Origin: Eremomyces bilateralis CBS 781.70
Taxonomy: Eukaryota
Assembly: GCA_010015585.1 (NCBI GenBank)
Contig: ML975150.1
Direction: 5' to 3' (one strand)
Length of the DNA stretch: 64,000 nucleotides
Below are positions 62,242-64,000 of the stretch, piece by piece. The position numbers and the translations under genes are program-made. The notes under the pieces were generated by a model. It searched no databases. It was not told where the DNA came from and saw only the letters and a list, made by a program, of their open reading frames with translations. The stretch's first letter is position 1, and each line of letters begins with the position of its first letter.

Positions 62242-63820
62242 GGGGGGAGAAGGTTGGGATAATCCAAAAACGTTTTGTTGTGAACTCATAGAGCGTCTGG
62301 CCCTCGTTTCTGTTCGCGCGCCGAAGTTCTGGCTTCTGAGTTTCTGCTTTCGCTGTACAATATTAGACGCATATATCCTTCCCGGTTGCGAACTTTCATT
62401 TCTTCTGCTCTTGTGTCTCCTTGCGATTTTCAGGATAAAGTGATGCGTCGTGGTCCATTGCTGCACGTCACGAGGGGGACAACAATGCTGCCTAATTGTC
62501 GTACGAGTCCAGGGGGGCGGATCGGTGTAGTATGGGAGTGAACAGAGCAGGGCTGAATTCGCGTTTCCTCGATTTGGCTATCATGTTCTGTAGATACGAT
62601 GTTGTATGAGGGTTTCAATAGGGACAATCAGATTGGATCGTATCAGGTTGGCCGCCGCCTTCCCAATGGAACAAATGGGTGATTGCCGACTCGTCATTCG
62701 TCATGTATCCTCACCAAGGCATCAACATCGAGGGTGCACATTAAGCCGATCATTTTATTCCACTCCGGATGCCGTAGAAGTTCGTTGATTGGCGACTGGA
62801 CTGTCGCTGAGCAAAGCCACACCACGCCTTGCGAAATTTGATCAATTGCGACTCACCATATCATTCCCAGAGTGAACGACGTCCTATCCAAATCGACCTA
62901 TTGACTAATATATGCCCATTATGATATTGATTGGACCCCCTGTAGTAGAACCAGCACCGCTTCTTCACCATACGCAGCGGCCGATCATTGTTCCTTTACA
63001 ACAGCATGCATCACAATATGTCGGCATCGAGCCTTGCTTCTGAGCCTCTCCTGGCTCTAATGCAGCAATCACATCCATAAACCCGTCGCGTGGCGCTTCC
63101 GCTTCGTGATGCAGACCCCTTTTCACGCAGGATGGGATTGAATAGCCACTGAGCCCTTTTCAGCAGCTGCATAACGACGTTCCCTCCATTGCTTTACTTG
63201 GATCTAGACACCTGTCGTACTCCCCTTAGCCAGACCTCCATAGTCGCATTGGCCCAATCCGGCCGGCGTCCAGAATTTTCAGCTTGTTTACATCTGCAGC
63301 AGAAAATCCGGGTTCAGAACAGGACCGTGTCGTCTTGGCTGGACCTGTTCTGATCACCTGTCCGCCTGTCGTGATCGCGTGGATCAGGTAGAGTAGTGAG
63401 AAGCATTAGTCCTATTAGGGACAAAAATGCAGTGTGACGAGGTTCCCAAATCTTTCTGGCCTTGATTGCTTTCGACCTATCAATAATACACAGGTCCATC
63501 TTCTTGCGGAAAGACACCGGAAAGAATTGTCTGTCTGGTAATGATCCTGCTATCCTCTCAATGTCCACAGGGTTTATCCTGACTTTACTTGCGAGTTTCT
63601 CGAAACCGTGAAGATCTACGTCGGAAGTGTTCAGTCGTGCGATACCAGGGCGGATAGTCTCTTATTTCTGCCTTGTCTTGCCCTTAGTCCGTCCTAGCTA
63701 TTCATCTCATCGCATCTGCAGTACTTTACATCTAAGTTAGACCCGTTTACACCGTGGTATTTGTTTATGAAGTCAACGCATCCCCCCATACGGACCTTGC
63801 AAGTCATTGTAAGCTCCAAA

Positions 63821-64000
63821 ATGTCCAGCCCAGTGAAGAAATGCTCTCTCAGCGAGAAGTTACGCACTCCAAAGAAGCATGTCTGTAGCTTCATCCCTCC
63901 ACACATCCTCAGGAGCATTGCTACTTCTGATCGTGCGGACGACGATATGAAGACAGCCGCCCGTACCACGCTGGATAGTATGGGATCCGTTCATGAGCAT
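63821..64000 (+). CDS. N-terminus (propeptide) of a probable protealysin-like M4 metalloprotease; runs off right edge
   Basis: Good start context (CAAAATG). Translation MSSPVKKCSLSEKLRTPKKHVCSFIPPHILRSIATSDRADDDMKTAARTTLDSMGSVHEH matches the protealysin propeptide pattern C-x-hhPP(Y/H)hL-x2-IA...A-x2-TL. Confidence 0.75.
   Translation, partial: MSSPVKKCSLSEKLRTPKKHVCSFIPPHILRSIATSDRADDDMKTAARTTLDSMGSVHEH

Noticed and set aside
63314..63568. Short minus-strand ORF beside the protealysin-like start, considered as an emfourin inhibitor
   Set aside because: GTG start, divergent upstream position and no resemblance that I can recognise.

Overview
Eukaryotic, intron-containing DNA from a filamentous ascomycete (short GT-AG introns with CTRAC/CTAAC branch sites; Pezizomycotina is inferred). 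About 24 genes, all called by hand motif recognition without database searches. Conserved genes: RTA1-family transporter (cut by the left edge), forkhead TF, cactin, XLF/Nej1, GH16 Crh2/Utr2, F-box/LRR protein, CorA-like protein, MFS permease, Yaf9, Coq11, Och1, annexin, Syf2, Vma11 and Rom2. Accessory stretches lie between them: an F-box pseudogene, a CFEM-like GPI protein, an orphan multi-exon PAM2-motif gene followed by decayed repeat arrays, a relic-rich zone at 45-49 kb and an 8-Cys small secreted protein. I found no intact transposon, tRNA/rRNA, CRISPR array or secondary-metabolite cluster, and I cannot demonstrate a new multi-gene system. Best leads: (1) a protealysin-like M4 metalloprotease start at the right edge, absent from the ORF track; (2) the PAM2 orphan locus at 17-21 kb; (3) the cationic 8-Cys secreted protein; (4) a Yaf9 with an altered acyl-lysine pocket.
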